A stretch of 64,000 nucleotides of DNA, taken from IMG/VR virus record IMGVR_UViG_3300008450_000020, positions 1-64,000 of that record; one strand, given 5' to 3'. The DNA is from a virus. Both the position numbers and the translations under genes were made by a program. Below, one piece after another: positions 27,703-35,493 of the stretch. The notes beneath the pieces were generated by a model that saw only the letters and a program-made list of their open reading frames with translations, did not search any database and was not told where the DNA came from. Every line of letters begins with the position of its first letter. Positions within the stretch are counted from its first letter, which is position 1.

Positions 27703-28045
27703 TCCGTTGAAATGATATGTTTAATAAAGACAAGGTTGCTTTAATTTGAGGAGGTAACTCCTTTAGCTTTTTAAGTGCTCTCCATTCACCACAAACAACC
27801 TTCATTGCATAAGGGAATCTACTATCTACTCCACTAAAGAAATATGTACCACTTGGGTAACGAATACTCATGTCATAAGTAGGATCATCATTACCAAATA
27901 TTGCGTAATATTGTTCTTCAGTATTACCAAATACAGGGGGTTTATTTGGTTCAAAGACGATTAAAAAATGCTGAGATCTCTCATCTGGAAATTGAATAAG
28001 TAAATCTCTCTTAAAGTGATTAAAACAGTTATACGTAAATTTCAT
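27686..28045 (-). CDS. Array member 5
   Basis: Ends WRALKKLKELPPQIKATLSLLNISF... Confidence 0.75.
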   Translation of the reverse strand: MKFTYNCFNHFKRDLLIQFPDERSQHFLIVFEPNKPPVFGNTEEQYYAIFGNDDPTYDMSIRYPSGTYFFSGVDSRFPYAMKVVCGEWRALKKLKELPPQIKATLSLLNISFQRSDEND

Positions 28046-28062
28046 AATCTTCCTTATGTGAG

Positions 28063-28329
28063 TTATTTAAGCAAAGCAAGTAATGCTTTGTATTCAGGGT
28101 TGATATACCTGTCTGGTAATACTTGAGTTCGTGAATTAGATTTCACACCAATCCAGCTATTATTTCTGAAGCAGAAATATAAATCACCGGCTTGAATAGG
28201 CGAGTAACTTCCTCTTGCTACTCCATAAAGCAAATAGGGTTCTCTTCCATTACAAGGAATAATTAGCTTTTTGAATTTAGGATCTAATGGAGGAGAATTT
28301 TCATATTCTCCATTGTCAATAATTACCAT
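28063..28329 (-). CDS. Array member 4
   Basis: Ends LPDRYINPEYKALLALLK. Confidence 0.72.
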   Translation of the reverse strand: MVIIDNGEYENSPPLDPKFKKLIIPCNGREPYLLYGVARGSYSPIQAGDLYFCFRNNSWIGVKSNSRTQVLPDRYINPEYKALLALLK

Positions 28330-28607
28330 ACGGTCCCCTCTATAAAATTTAATGGGTGTTCTGGAAGACCCCCCACATACAAAGTTAAAAATGCTTTTAT
28401 ATGTTCAGGGAATTCTTTAACAGGATTCTCTATGAAGTAATAAAATACATCTCCATCGGAATACCAAATAGTATAAAAAGGTTTTTTATCGTCACCAAAA
28501 CTATCCCATTCAGTACTAATAGGTTTATTTAGTGTGGTCATACCACAAGGAATGGTCATCATTTTAGTGAGATCATCTGTTATACGTATTTTACGAATGT
28601 TTTGCAT
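28323..28607 (-). CDS. Array member 3
   Basis: Contains PVKEFPEHIKAFLTLYVG near the C-terminus. Confidence 0.72.
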   Translation of the reverse strand: MQNIRKIRITDDLTKMMTIPCGMTTLNKPISTEWDSFGDDKKPFYTIWYSDGDVFYYFIENPVKEFPEHIKAFLTLYVGGLPEHPLNFIEGTVW

Positions 28608-28616
28608 GTAGTATCC

Positions 28617-28928
28617 TTAAGGAAAATATGAAGATAGTTCATTAAATTGTGCAGTAGTTATTGCACCTATTAAGAATAAATAATTTTTGAAGATTTCAGG
28701 AACTTCTTTGGGAGATATAACGCTTCTTTTAGAAGTGAAATTACTTAAAGTAATTCTTTCATTCTCTTTGAAGGCATAATAAATAATCCCTGCACTTGTG
28801 TAACCAACAGTAAGATTTTCTATAGCTCTATAATCTCTTGTACCTGACCCATGCACAAGGATTTCAAACCTATCTTCAAGCACTCCCTTATCTATTTGCT
28901 GTGGTACATAAACATAAAATTTAAACAT
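28617..28928 (-). CDS. Array member 2
   Basis: SPKEVPEIFKNYLFLIGA; paralog of member 1. Confidence 0.72.
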   Translation of the reverse strand: MFKFYVYVPQQIDKGVLEDRFEILVHGSGTRDYRAIENLTVGYTSAGIIYYAFKENERITLSNFTSKRSVISPKEVPEIFKNYLFLIGAITTAQFNELSSYFP

Positions 28929-28931
28929 ACA

Positions 28932-29240
28932 TTATCCTTCAATATTTCTAACACGTTTATTAATGTAATCAAGATCCTCTTTGTTTAACTCCCCTAGTAA
29001 CAATAAATAGTTTATGAAAACTTCTGGGAAATACTTAGGAAGCAAAGTCTTTCTATTAGCAGAAAATGAGTATTCACCAGCAGGTGTAGAATTGAGAAAA
29101 CAATAATAATCAATACCTTCTGCAACTAATTCATTTGTGACTTGATAAAGAGATTTTGGGTCATTCATGTCGAGTGAGTAATCAATAGTAAAATAGTGTT
29201 CTTGGCTTGGTATGTAAACGTAATACTTAAGATTGCTCAT
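28932..29240 (-). CDS. Array member 1
   Basis: LPKYFPEVFINYLLLLGE; start overlaps the RNAP1 stop. Confidence 0.72.
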   Translation of the reverse strand: MSNLKYYVYIPSQEHYFTIDYSLDMNDPKSLYQVTNELVAEGIDYYCFLNSTPAGEYSFSANRKTLLPKYFPEVFINYLLLLGELNKEDLDYINKRVRNIEG

Positions 29241-30166
29241 ATAAATACTCCATCAATGTATTCTTCCTTATGCAATTCAATCATTGCTTTCTTGAATGCA
29301 GTCCCTTGTGGATTAATGTGATAGCCTTGAGAGTAAATTCTTCCTCTCTTATCTACCTTGTGAGTTAAATGAAATTGGTTATCTTGTTCTGCAATGAGGC
29401 TGTAGAAGCGATAACTAATCTCTTTGTGTTTCTTCCATTGGTTTCGTTTATCTGGAGTATCCAAAGTAAATGTAGGATCTTCAGATACCTTACAAAGGAA
29501 CTCTGTACATAACTTCAATTTCACTTGGTTCATCGTATTGAGAACATCAATACAGATATCCCCATTGTGATGATTGTGGGGGCCTAGGATCAATGAATCA
29601 TCATGAGTGAGATAACCACTCGAATAATTATTGATGAGCTGTCTAGGCTCACAAACCATGGGTGGAAGATATTGTGTATTTTCGATGAAACCTACAAGTT
29701 CTTCTGAGATAGGGATTCTTGAGACAATAACCAAGGAAGCATACTTATTCATTTTAAGAATATCGAATGCATCTGTGGAACATAGAACTGCTACTAGCTC
29801 TGCAACAGTTTTAATACTGTCTGCCTTGTCACTGAATTTGAGTCTTCCTGCCAACTCACCAGTGATACTGGTAAACAGCTCAGGTGTTTGGCAATAAGAA
29901 ATACCAACATAAATATCAATCACAAGCTCTCTAATATTCAAGGGTTTCAATTGCGCTACACGAGCATTCTTTGATTTGTATGAATAAGTCTTACTCATAT
30001 AATCTTTGATTGCTTGTACACCTTCATCAATCTTACCAATCATAAATGTATTACTAAGAATCTCTTTTCTAATTTTCTGGTCAATATGCTTTCTGTTATA
30101 ACGAAGTTCAGTCCATTCTTGACGGACGACATTGAGCATTGGCTCATAGGAAGTATCCTGATCCAT
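29237..30166 (-). CDS. RNA polymerase II small subunit (N4 gp15/RNAP1-like)
   Basis: YLPPMVCEP and DKRGRIYSQGYHINPQG (DxRGR motif of T7-type RNAPs). Confidence 0.93.
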   Translation of the reverse strand: MDQDTSYEPMLNVVRQEWTELRYNRKHIDQKIRKEILSNTFMIGKIDEGVQAIKDYMSKTYSYKSKNARVAQLKPLNIRELVIDIYVGISYCQTPELFTSITGELAGRLKFSDKADSIKTVAELVAVLCSTDAFDILKMNKYASLVIVSRIPISEELVGFIENTQYLPPMVCEPRQLINNYSSGYLTHDDSLILGPHNHHNGDICIDVLNTMNQVKLKLCTEFLCKVSEDPTFTLDTPDKRNQWKKHKEISYRFYSLIAEQDNQFHLTHKVDKRGRIYSQGYHINPQGTAFKKAMIELHKEEYIDGVFI

Positions 30167-30196
30167 ATTAATAAAATCCTTGATTATCTTACTGAG

Positions 30197-30237
30197 AAAA
30201 AAAGAGTTACTTACCCTTGGATAACCAAAGGTAAGTT
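30197..30237 (-). terminator. Putative terminator upstream of RNAP1
   Basis: ACTTACC(C)TTGG-ataa-CCAA(A)GGTAAGT stem, A7 to the left. Confidence 0.55.
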
Positions 30238-30245
30238 ATTTGAGT

Positions 30246-30533
30246 TTAAATTTGAGACTTTAATTCTTTGATGACTGCATCACGTTCTTCGATTGTGATT
30301 TGCCTTGCTATATGATATTTCATATAAGCTATGTAAGCTATATCGATTAATGTACTAATACGTTCATGATTGGGTGAGCCACTCAATAAACGCATGTGTA
30401 AAAGTTCATCATCAATATTTTTATTGATTACAAATTCATCTGAACCTTCACACATGGACAGGTATTTCCAGTTCAACTGATTCATAAGATTAATTGCAAT
30501 ATCAAAGTTGTTTTTAACTGTTGGCTTATTCAT
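30246..30533 (-). CDS. Hypothetical early protein
   Basis: AGGAAA RBS, 95 aa. Confidence 0.6.
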   Translation of the reverse strand: MNKPTVKNNFDIAINLMNQLNWKYLSMCEGSDEFVINKNIDDELLHMRLLSGSPNHERISTLIDIAYIAYMKYHIARQITIEERDAVIKELKSQI

Positions 30534-30612
30534 CTGGTTTCCTATCTAATTAAATGAGTTATTGAACCCAGTCATCCTAGCGCACGGAGTACGCTAGTGA
30601 AGATTGATCAAC

Positions 30613-31128
30613 TTATGGTGTAAAGGTATAACAGGTGAACCGATCATTCAGTATCTTTTCAAGCACCGGTTTGACGACAGTCCACTCTAACTCACCAGCA
30701 CCACAGCCCGGCCTAGGCAGGATTACATTATTCCAACCAAAGGCATCAGTAAGCTTTACCAATTGTTCAGCAGACTGCTTGATAATTTTAAGTTCTGCTT
30801 TAGCATGAAAGCCTGGTACAGTTTCACCAATGGCATAACTATTTTGGACATGGCTTACAATATTATTCCCTTGGTTTACTGTATAAATAGGTTTAACAGG
30901 AAATGCAATCAATTGAATATTGTTGTATTCCATAATGATCTGAGTGACATTACCATTCTTCAACATGAGCTTACCTAGTGTGTTATGTATGTCTGGGATA
31001 GCACGAGCTATACTCAATGCAATACCTCTACCCATAACTGCAGTACCCTTGCTAGTAACAAATCCATTTGTTGTGACACATAAAGCATCACAATCAACAT
31101 GCAACATATTTCCAAATGCTTCTTTCAT
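30613..31128 (-). CDS. Macrodomain protein (ADP-ribose binding/hydrolase, DarG-macro-like)
   Basis: GNM...TTNG...VMGRGIA...FPVK...LPRPGCGAGELEW; start MKEAFG after CAGGAG. Confidence 0.85.
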   Translation of the reverse strand: MKEAFGNMLHVDCDALCVTTNGFVTSKGTAVMGRGIALSIARAIPDIHNTLGKLMLKNGNVTQIIMEYNNIQLIAFPVKPIYTVNQGNNIVSHVQNSYAIGETVPGFHAKAELKIIKQSAEQLVKLTDAFGWNNVILPRPGCGAGELEWTVVKPVLEKILNDRFTCYTFTP

Positions 31129-31154
31129 TTTTAACTCCTGTTTATCTTTAATAA

Positions 31155-31193
31155 GAAAAATAAAGCTCATCATCCAATAAGGATAATGAGCTT
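31155..31193 (-). terminator. Putative terminator after the gp2-like gene
   Basis: AAGCTCAT(C)ATCC-aataa-GGAT(A)ATGAGCTT with an A tract. Confidence 0.6.
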
Positions 31194-31201
31194 CTTTGAG
31201 A

Positions 31202-31486
31202 TTACAGACCGAAGCCTGGGAGAGCAAACTCTGCCGGAGCAGAATTGACTGCCGTGTATTCCAAGATCAACGCAGAGAGCAAGATCGCTACGTTATTCTC
31301 GTCTGCGTCTAGCCACTCACGTAAGTGTTTCTGATCTATGTTGGAATCTTTTAAACCGATTGCACCCAACTTTTTACGACTACCATCCTTCTTTGGGATG
31401 TAGAAATTCAAATAACCGGTTGGGTTATCTTTTACTGCATTTGCATTGTTACCAGAATCAGATTGATTGTCTTTGTTAAAGGCCAT
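31202..31486 (-). CDS. ssDNA-binding RNAP II cofactor (N4 gp2/Drc-like)
   Basis: GYLNFYIPKKDGSRKKLGAIGLK motif; early position with its own vRNAP promoter. Confidence 0.75.
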   Translation of the reverse strand: MAFNKDNQSDSGNNANAVKDNPTGYLNFYIPKKDGSRKKLGAIGLKDSNIDQKHLREWLDADENNVAILLSALILEYTAVNSAPAEFALPGFGL

Positions 31487-31536
31487 GATAAAACTCCATT
31501 GAAATAATTAAAGGGAAAAGGGATATATTAGAAATC

Positions 31537-31553
31537 CCCAATTAGGCGAAGCC
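31537..31553 (-). promoter_or_regulatory. vRNAP hairpin promoter (predicted +1 at 31538)
   Basis: Template (+ strand) CCCAATTA-GGC-GAA-GCC; geometry matches N4 promoters. Confidence 0.8.
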
Positions 31554-31594
31554 ATAACAGCAACGCCTCAACAACACGGGAACGCAGTGACCTA

Positions 31595-31810
31595 CTAGCT
31601 TAAGATAAACAAATAAGACAGTAGCCACACCACAAAGCTAATGATTGCAGCAGTAACCATAATTAAACCCACTCGTACATATAACTGGTTTGGATTAAGG
31701 ATGAAGTATCGCTTACGGTATGCCTGTTCAGCAAACCACTCAGCTACAAAGTAACCAACCAATATTGGTATGGCTACCAATAGTCCAACAAGAGCATGAT
31801 AGATATGCAT
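31595..31810 (-). CDS. Early membrane protein (2 TM)
   Basis: Two hydrophobic helices; GGTGA RBS. Confidence 0.65.
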   Translation of the reverse strand: MHIYHALVGLLVAIPILVGYFVAEWFAEQAYRKRYFILNPNQLYVRVGLIMVTAAIISFVVWLLSYLFILS

Positions 31811-31817
31811 ATATCAC

Positions 31818-32048
31818 CTATATAAAGTAAAACACTGTTGATCCAATAACCCATACAACTACTATTAAGAAGTTATGTATTGGGAAGTTCTTTAATATAT
31901 ATGCACAACAATGAACAATCTTCTGTGCATGAGATAATTCAGTATTCTGATCTAGTTTAAGAATATGGTTATCTACAGCCCGTTTAAAAGCAATGATCAT
32001 CCATATACTAATGAAGATCATTACAGCTAAATAGATTACTATTTTCAT
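31818..32048 (-). CDS. Early membrane protein (2 TM)
   Basis: Two hydrophobic helices; AGGAG RBS. Confidence 0.65.
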   Translation of the reverse strand: MKIVIYLAVMIFISIWMIIAFKRAVDNHILKLDQNTELSHAQKIVHCCAYILKNFPIHNFLIVVVWVIGSTVFYFI

Positions 32049-32072
32049 TTGAATCTCCTAGGGTAACTACGA

Positions 32073-32279
32073 TTAAAAGAAAGCTTGAATAAAATATTCT
32101 GTGCCTTCAGAGAAATAGATACTCTTGATACCCTTACCCAGTAAGGTAGCAGCACCAATAATTGCTGAACTACGGTCATGTACGCTCCATGTAATATGAC
32201 TAGCGGAAAATTGCATTACTTCTTTGGCTTCATCTTCGAGAAGCACACACACGTTTATTGAACTGGTATTCATATTCAT
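32073..32279 (-). CDS. Early hypothetical protein
   Basis: Overlaps the upstream stop. Confidence 0.55.
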   Translation of the reverse strand: MNMNTSSINVCVLLEDEAKEVMQFSASHITWSVHDRSSAIIGAATLLGKGIKSIYFSEGTEYFIQAFF

Positions 32280-32638
32280 TCTGTGAATCCTTTAATAGCT
32301 TCAGAGTACATAGTGATTTGATCCTCAAGCATCTGCAACACCAAAGGATTAGTTGTCGTAGGTTTGAGATTCATTACATGCTCCAATTCACCTGTAAAGA
32401 ATTGAATAGCATCCTTTTGACGTTTGATTAGCAAGAACACATCATAGAATTTCTCAAGAGGGAAACAGGCATCAAACTGTTCTTTATCTTGAGAATTTGT
32501 AATAGAAGATCTCCATAACAGGAGTTGCTTCATAGTGATACCGATACCAAACACACTAGAGTGCAAGAATTTAGATTCGCTCCTCATAGTTTGCTTCATA
32601 AATTGATCATCATTCCACATAACTGTATATATATTCAT
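32276..32638 (-). CDS. Early hypothetical protein
   Basis: AAGGAG RBS. Confidence 0.7.
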   Translation of the reverse strand: MNIYTVMWNDDQFMKQTMRSESKFLHSSVFGIGITMKQLLLWRSSITNSQDKEQFDACFPLEKFYDVFLLIKRQKDAIQFFTGELEHVMNLKPTTTNPLVLQMLEDQITMYSEAIKGFTE

Positions 32639-32851
32639 TTTAATAACTCCTTAAGGTCGAGCATAGTTAATAGAAGTATTGAGATGAACTCAATAAACTT
32701 CTACAAGGGATAGGTATAACAAGAGGATAGTTTGAGGAAGTACTAAAGAAGTACTAGTAAACTACTTAGAAGGAAGCAGTATTCACAGGAATATATAGAT
32801 TCATTAGTAAAGTACTAACAGAATTATATATCGGGAATATATCGGAATGCT

Positions 32852-32868
32852 TCATGTTAAGCGAAGCT
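32852..32868 (-). promoter_or_regulatory. vRNAP hairpin promoter (predicted +1 at 32853)
   Basis: Template TCATGTTA-AGC-GAA-GCT. Confidence 0.75.
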
Positions 32869-32983
32869 AGTGAAGGAGGAAAGTAAAGAAGTATTGAGAA
32901 GAGAGAGATAATGAATGAGAGTAGTAAATGTAAACTAAAACTATGAACTAGTACTCATATTTAACTATCTTCTACAACCTTAT

Positions 32984-33015
32984 TATATAAATTCTCTTAT
33001 ATATAAATTCTCTTA
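32984..33015. repeat. 16-bp tandem repeat x2
   Basis: TATATAAATTCTCTTA twice, in a very AT-rich non-coding stretch. Confidence 0.8.
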
Positions 33016-33314
33016 TTAAGATCTATTATCTTATATAGATATATTAATATATTTCAGGGTTTATGGTCTTTAAGAAAGAATAAATAATTATATAAGAGCA
33101 TTCTACATAATCATTTATAAGAAAGAAGACTGAACAATACAGAACTTTACAATTAAAGGCAAATAGATTTTTCCTATTGAATGGAATTAGGCGATAGATT
33201 TTAACTATCACGAGTGAAGGATTGATAAATTAATCTTACCTCTATGATTTCTATCTTGGATTTTTGTGTGAAGTTTGTGTGGGTTTGATCTTGATGTTTG
33301 TGTGAAGTAAAAGG

Positions 33315-33336
33315 TAAACCATACCCGATATTCTGG
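33315..33336 (-). terminator. Stem-loop after the first early gene
   Basis: Imperfect TAAACCATA...TATGGTTTA inverted repeat; the right arm may extend to about 33346. Confidence 0.45.
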
Positions 33337-33354
33337 ATATGGTTTAAACCTGAT

Positions 33355-33672
33355 TTAAGCTACCTTCTTGGCTCTTGGCTTACGAGTAGCTGGTTTGGTA
33401 CTAGGTAATGCAGGAACAGGCTTAGAACGTACTATAACTGGTTTGCTGGCTTCATAATGAGCACGAGCCTTATCAAGTTTCTCTTGTGATGCGAGGATAC
33501 GTTCTTGTAAGTCATGTTGATTGAGCTGCTGCTTGAACTCTTGCTCTGCCTTGAGAGAGACTGATGCTGCTTCTAAACCAAGGGCTGCATTGTTAGCTGA
33601 ACGACCTACTGACTCCAAGGTAGAGAACCAGATAGTGATCATATTGAAGAACTGTTTAAACATTGCGAACAT
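33355..33672 (-). CDS. First early gene product (amphipathic N-terminus, basic tail)
   Basis: AAGGAG RBS; directly downstream of two vRNAP promoters. Confidence 0.8.
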   Translation of the reverse strand: MFAMFKQFFNMITIWFSTLESVGRSANNAALGLEAASVSLKAEQEFKQQLNQHDLQERILASQEKLDKARAHYEASKPVIVRSKPVPALPSTKPATRKPRAKKVA

Positions 33673-33723
33673 GGTGATACTCCTTAAGGGTAAATGAATG
33701 AAGGTGCATGAGATCTACACACA

Positions 33724-33740
33724 CCAAGTTATGCGAAGCA
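33724..33740 (-). promoter_or_regulatory. vRNAP hairpin promoter (predicted +1 at 33725)
   Basis: Template CCAAGTTA-TGC-GAA-GCA. Confidence 0.8.
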
Positions 33741-33772
33741 CAGGACAGAGAACTGTGAGGTACGGTAAGACA

Positions 33773-33789
33773 CCAGATTAAGCGAAGCT
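33773..33789 (-). promoter_or_regulatory. vRNAP hairpin promoter (predicted +1 at 33774)
   Basis: Template CCAGATTA-AGC-GAA-GCT. Confidence 0.8.
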
Positions 33790-33895
33790 CATGAGAGGTG
33801 GGGTAGGTAGGTAGGAAAACGTAAATAAACAAAAGGTAGGGGGGGATATTTGGAAATTTGAATGGGTGAAGGTAAGTCCTACCTCTATACCCAGA

Positions 33896-33969
33896 TTATA
33901 AAAATTACTAAAATCCAAAGTTGCTTTTTAGTAACTAACCGATTGCCCATTTTATAAAAATTACTAAAA
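33896..33969. repeat. 18-bp direct repeat with an inverted half-copy between
   Basis: TTATAAAAATTACTAAAA at 33896 and 33952; TTTTAGTAA near 33926. Confidence 0.8.
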
Positions 33970-34118
33970 GTTTTCTTGCAAAAATTATAATAATTTCCCT
34001 AAACCTTTGTTTATCTAAAAGATAACACTACATACCTCTATTCAATTCCTCTTGTTTACTTGGTTTGGTTTACCATATACTCCCTATAAATTAACTTAAC
34101 TTAGTCAGGAGAAGAATC

Positions 34119-34940
34119 ATGTCACTATTCAATCAAGAAGATAAACCAAGCCAAGAAGATAATGATGATAAGGATCAAGGGAGTCTTGTTGGTAAAATGT
34201 CTAGTAATCCTGTTAAGGTAGAAGAGGATTATAGTGGGCATCCTATGGCTATGACTGTGGAACAGTTTAGGCACGCATTACCGGATAAGATTAAGAAGTC
34301 TGTGAATCAGGAGTTGATTGATCAGATTAATAAAACTCTAAGTGACCCGGATATGTATGAAGCTTACCGGGATAACCTGTTAAGTTATACAAGGGTAATG
34401 GCAGATGGAAGATTTAAGGTAGATGGTTACATTGCTGCAGTTAAGTATGTAAGCCATAAGCTGATGGGGTGTACTAACATTGATGCGTACATTAAAACCT
34501 TTCCGGATAAGTATGCAAGGTTTGTAGCGCAAGGTGTTGAGGCTAAAGATATAGCTAGTTATGTGACTGCGTACAATAAGAGTAAGTTAGTGAACCTTAT
34601 TTATGAACAGACTCTTATTCCTAGTTATGTATTGAATCAAGATCTTTATCAGAAGGCTTTGAACCAACAAGCTTACTTAATGCTTCATGCTAAGAGTGAA
34701 AAGGTACAGAGTGACGCAGCTAATAGTTTACTAGTGCAGTTGAAGATGCCGGAGATTAAGAAGGTTGAATTGGATATTGGTATTAAGGAAGACAGTTCAA
34801 TTAGTAAGTTAAGACAGGCTACTTTAGAGTTGGCTAGACAGCAGAGACTTATGATTGAAGCTGGGGTTGCTACAGTGTTACAGACCGCACATAGCAAGAT
34901 CATTAATGATGTTGAAGATGTAGAGGTTCATGGTGAGTAA
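34119..34940 (+). CDS. N4 gp69-like protein (putative terminase small subunit)
   Basis: AVKYVSHKLMG...YNKSKLVNLI...SEKVQSDAANSLL; lies upstream of TerL. Confidence 0.75.
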   Translation: MSLFNQEDKPSQEDNDDKDQGSLVGKMSSNPVKVEEDYSGHPMAMTVEQFRHALPDKIKKSVNQELIDQINKTLSDPDMYEAYRDNLLSYTRVMADGRFKVDGYIAAVKYVSHKLMGCTNIDAYIKTFPDKYARFVAQGVEAKDIASYVTAYNKSKLVNLIYEQTLIPSYVLNQDLYQKALNQQAYLMLHAKSEKVQSDAANSLLVQLKMPEIKKVELDIGIKEDSSISKLRQATLELARQQRLMIEAGVATVLQTAHSKIINDVEDVEVHGE

Positions 34941-35184
34941 TTTAAGAAATAAAGTACTTGATTCAATAGTTACTATTGAGTGTACTTATCCTGATGGGAG
35001 TATTAGAAAACATACTGATACTGCTTTTATTATTCGGCATAGATTTACTCTTAAACAGAATAATATACGCCCAACAGATATAGTTTTTTATATTGATAAC
35101 CCAGATGTAATTGAATACTTTGGTACAGTCTTTGAGATGTCAATACATCCTTTTTATCACGGTAAAGTTACTTACATATATTAA
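34930..35184 (+). CDS. Hypothetical protein
   Basis: Overlapping ORF with GAGG RBS. Confidence 0.5.
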   Translation: MVSNLRNKVLDSIVTIECTYPDGSIRKHTDTAFIIRHRFTLKQNNIRPTDIVFYIDNPDVIEYFGTVFEMSIHPFYHGKVTYIY

Positions 35185-35493
35185 GTGAAAAATGCTATGA
35201 ATAAACTATTTGAGTATTTTAGTAGGTGGTATAAGAAAGTCTTTAATATCGACCTAATAGAGAAATATGAAAGACGCATCCATAGTCTTGAGCAACATAA
35301 TAAATATCTTGTGAGAAAGAATACGTTGTTATTAGAAATGTCTTTGGTAGAGCAATTAGAAAGCCCAACAGAAACTAATATTTCTATAAGGCAGGTTGCT
35401 GAAGAATCTGATGTAAGCGGTAATAGGCAATCTGAAGTATTTGAAATGTCTGATGAAGATTTTATGAAAGTTAAAAATGGATTACGTATCTGA
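35185..35493 (+). CDS. Hypothetical protein
   Basis: Coiled-coil ORF directly upstream of TerL. Confidence 0.55.
   Translation: MKNAMNKLFEYFSRWYKKVFNIDLIEKYERRIHSLEQHNKYLVRKNTLLLEMSLVEQLESPTETNISIRQVAEESDVSGNRQSEVFEMSDEDFMKVKNGLRI

Noticed and set aside
25873-29240. Array considered as a CRISPR array, DGR or integron-type cassette array
   Set aside because: No DNA-level direct repeats, attC-like sites, reverse transcriptase or integrase seen. The similarity is at protein level only.
31129-31227. Upstream extension of the macrodomain ORF
   Set aside because: Runs through a terminator hairpin and the gp2-like stop; a strong RBS precedes 31128.
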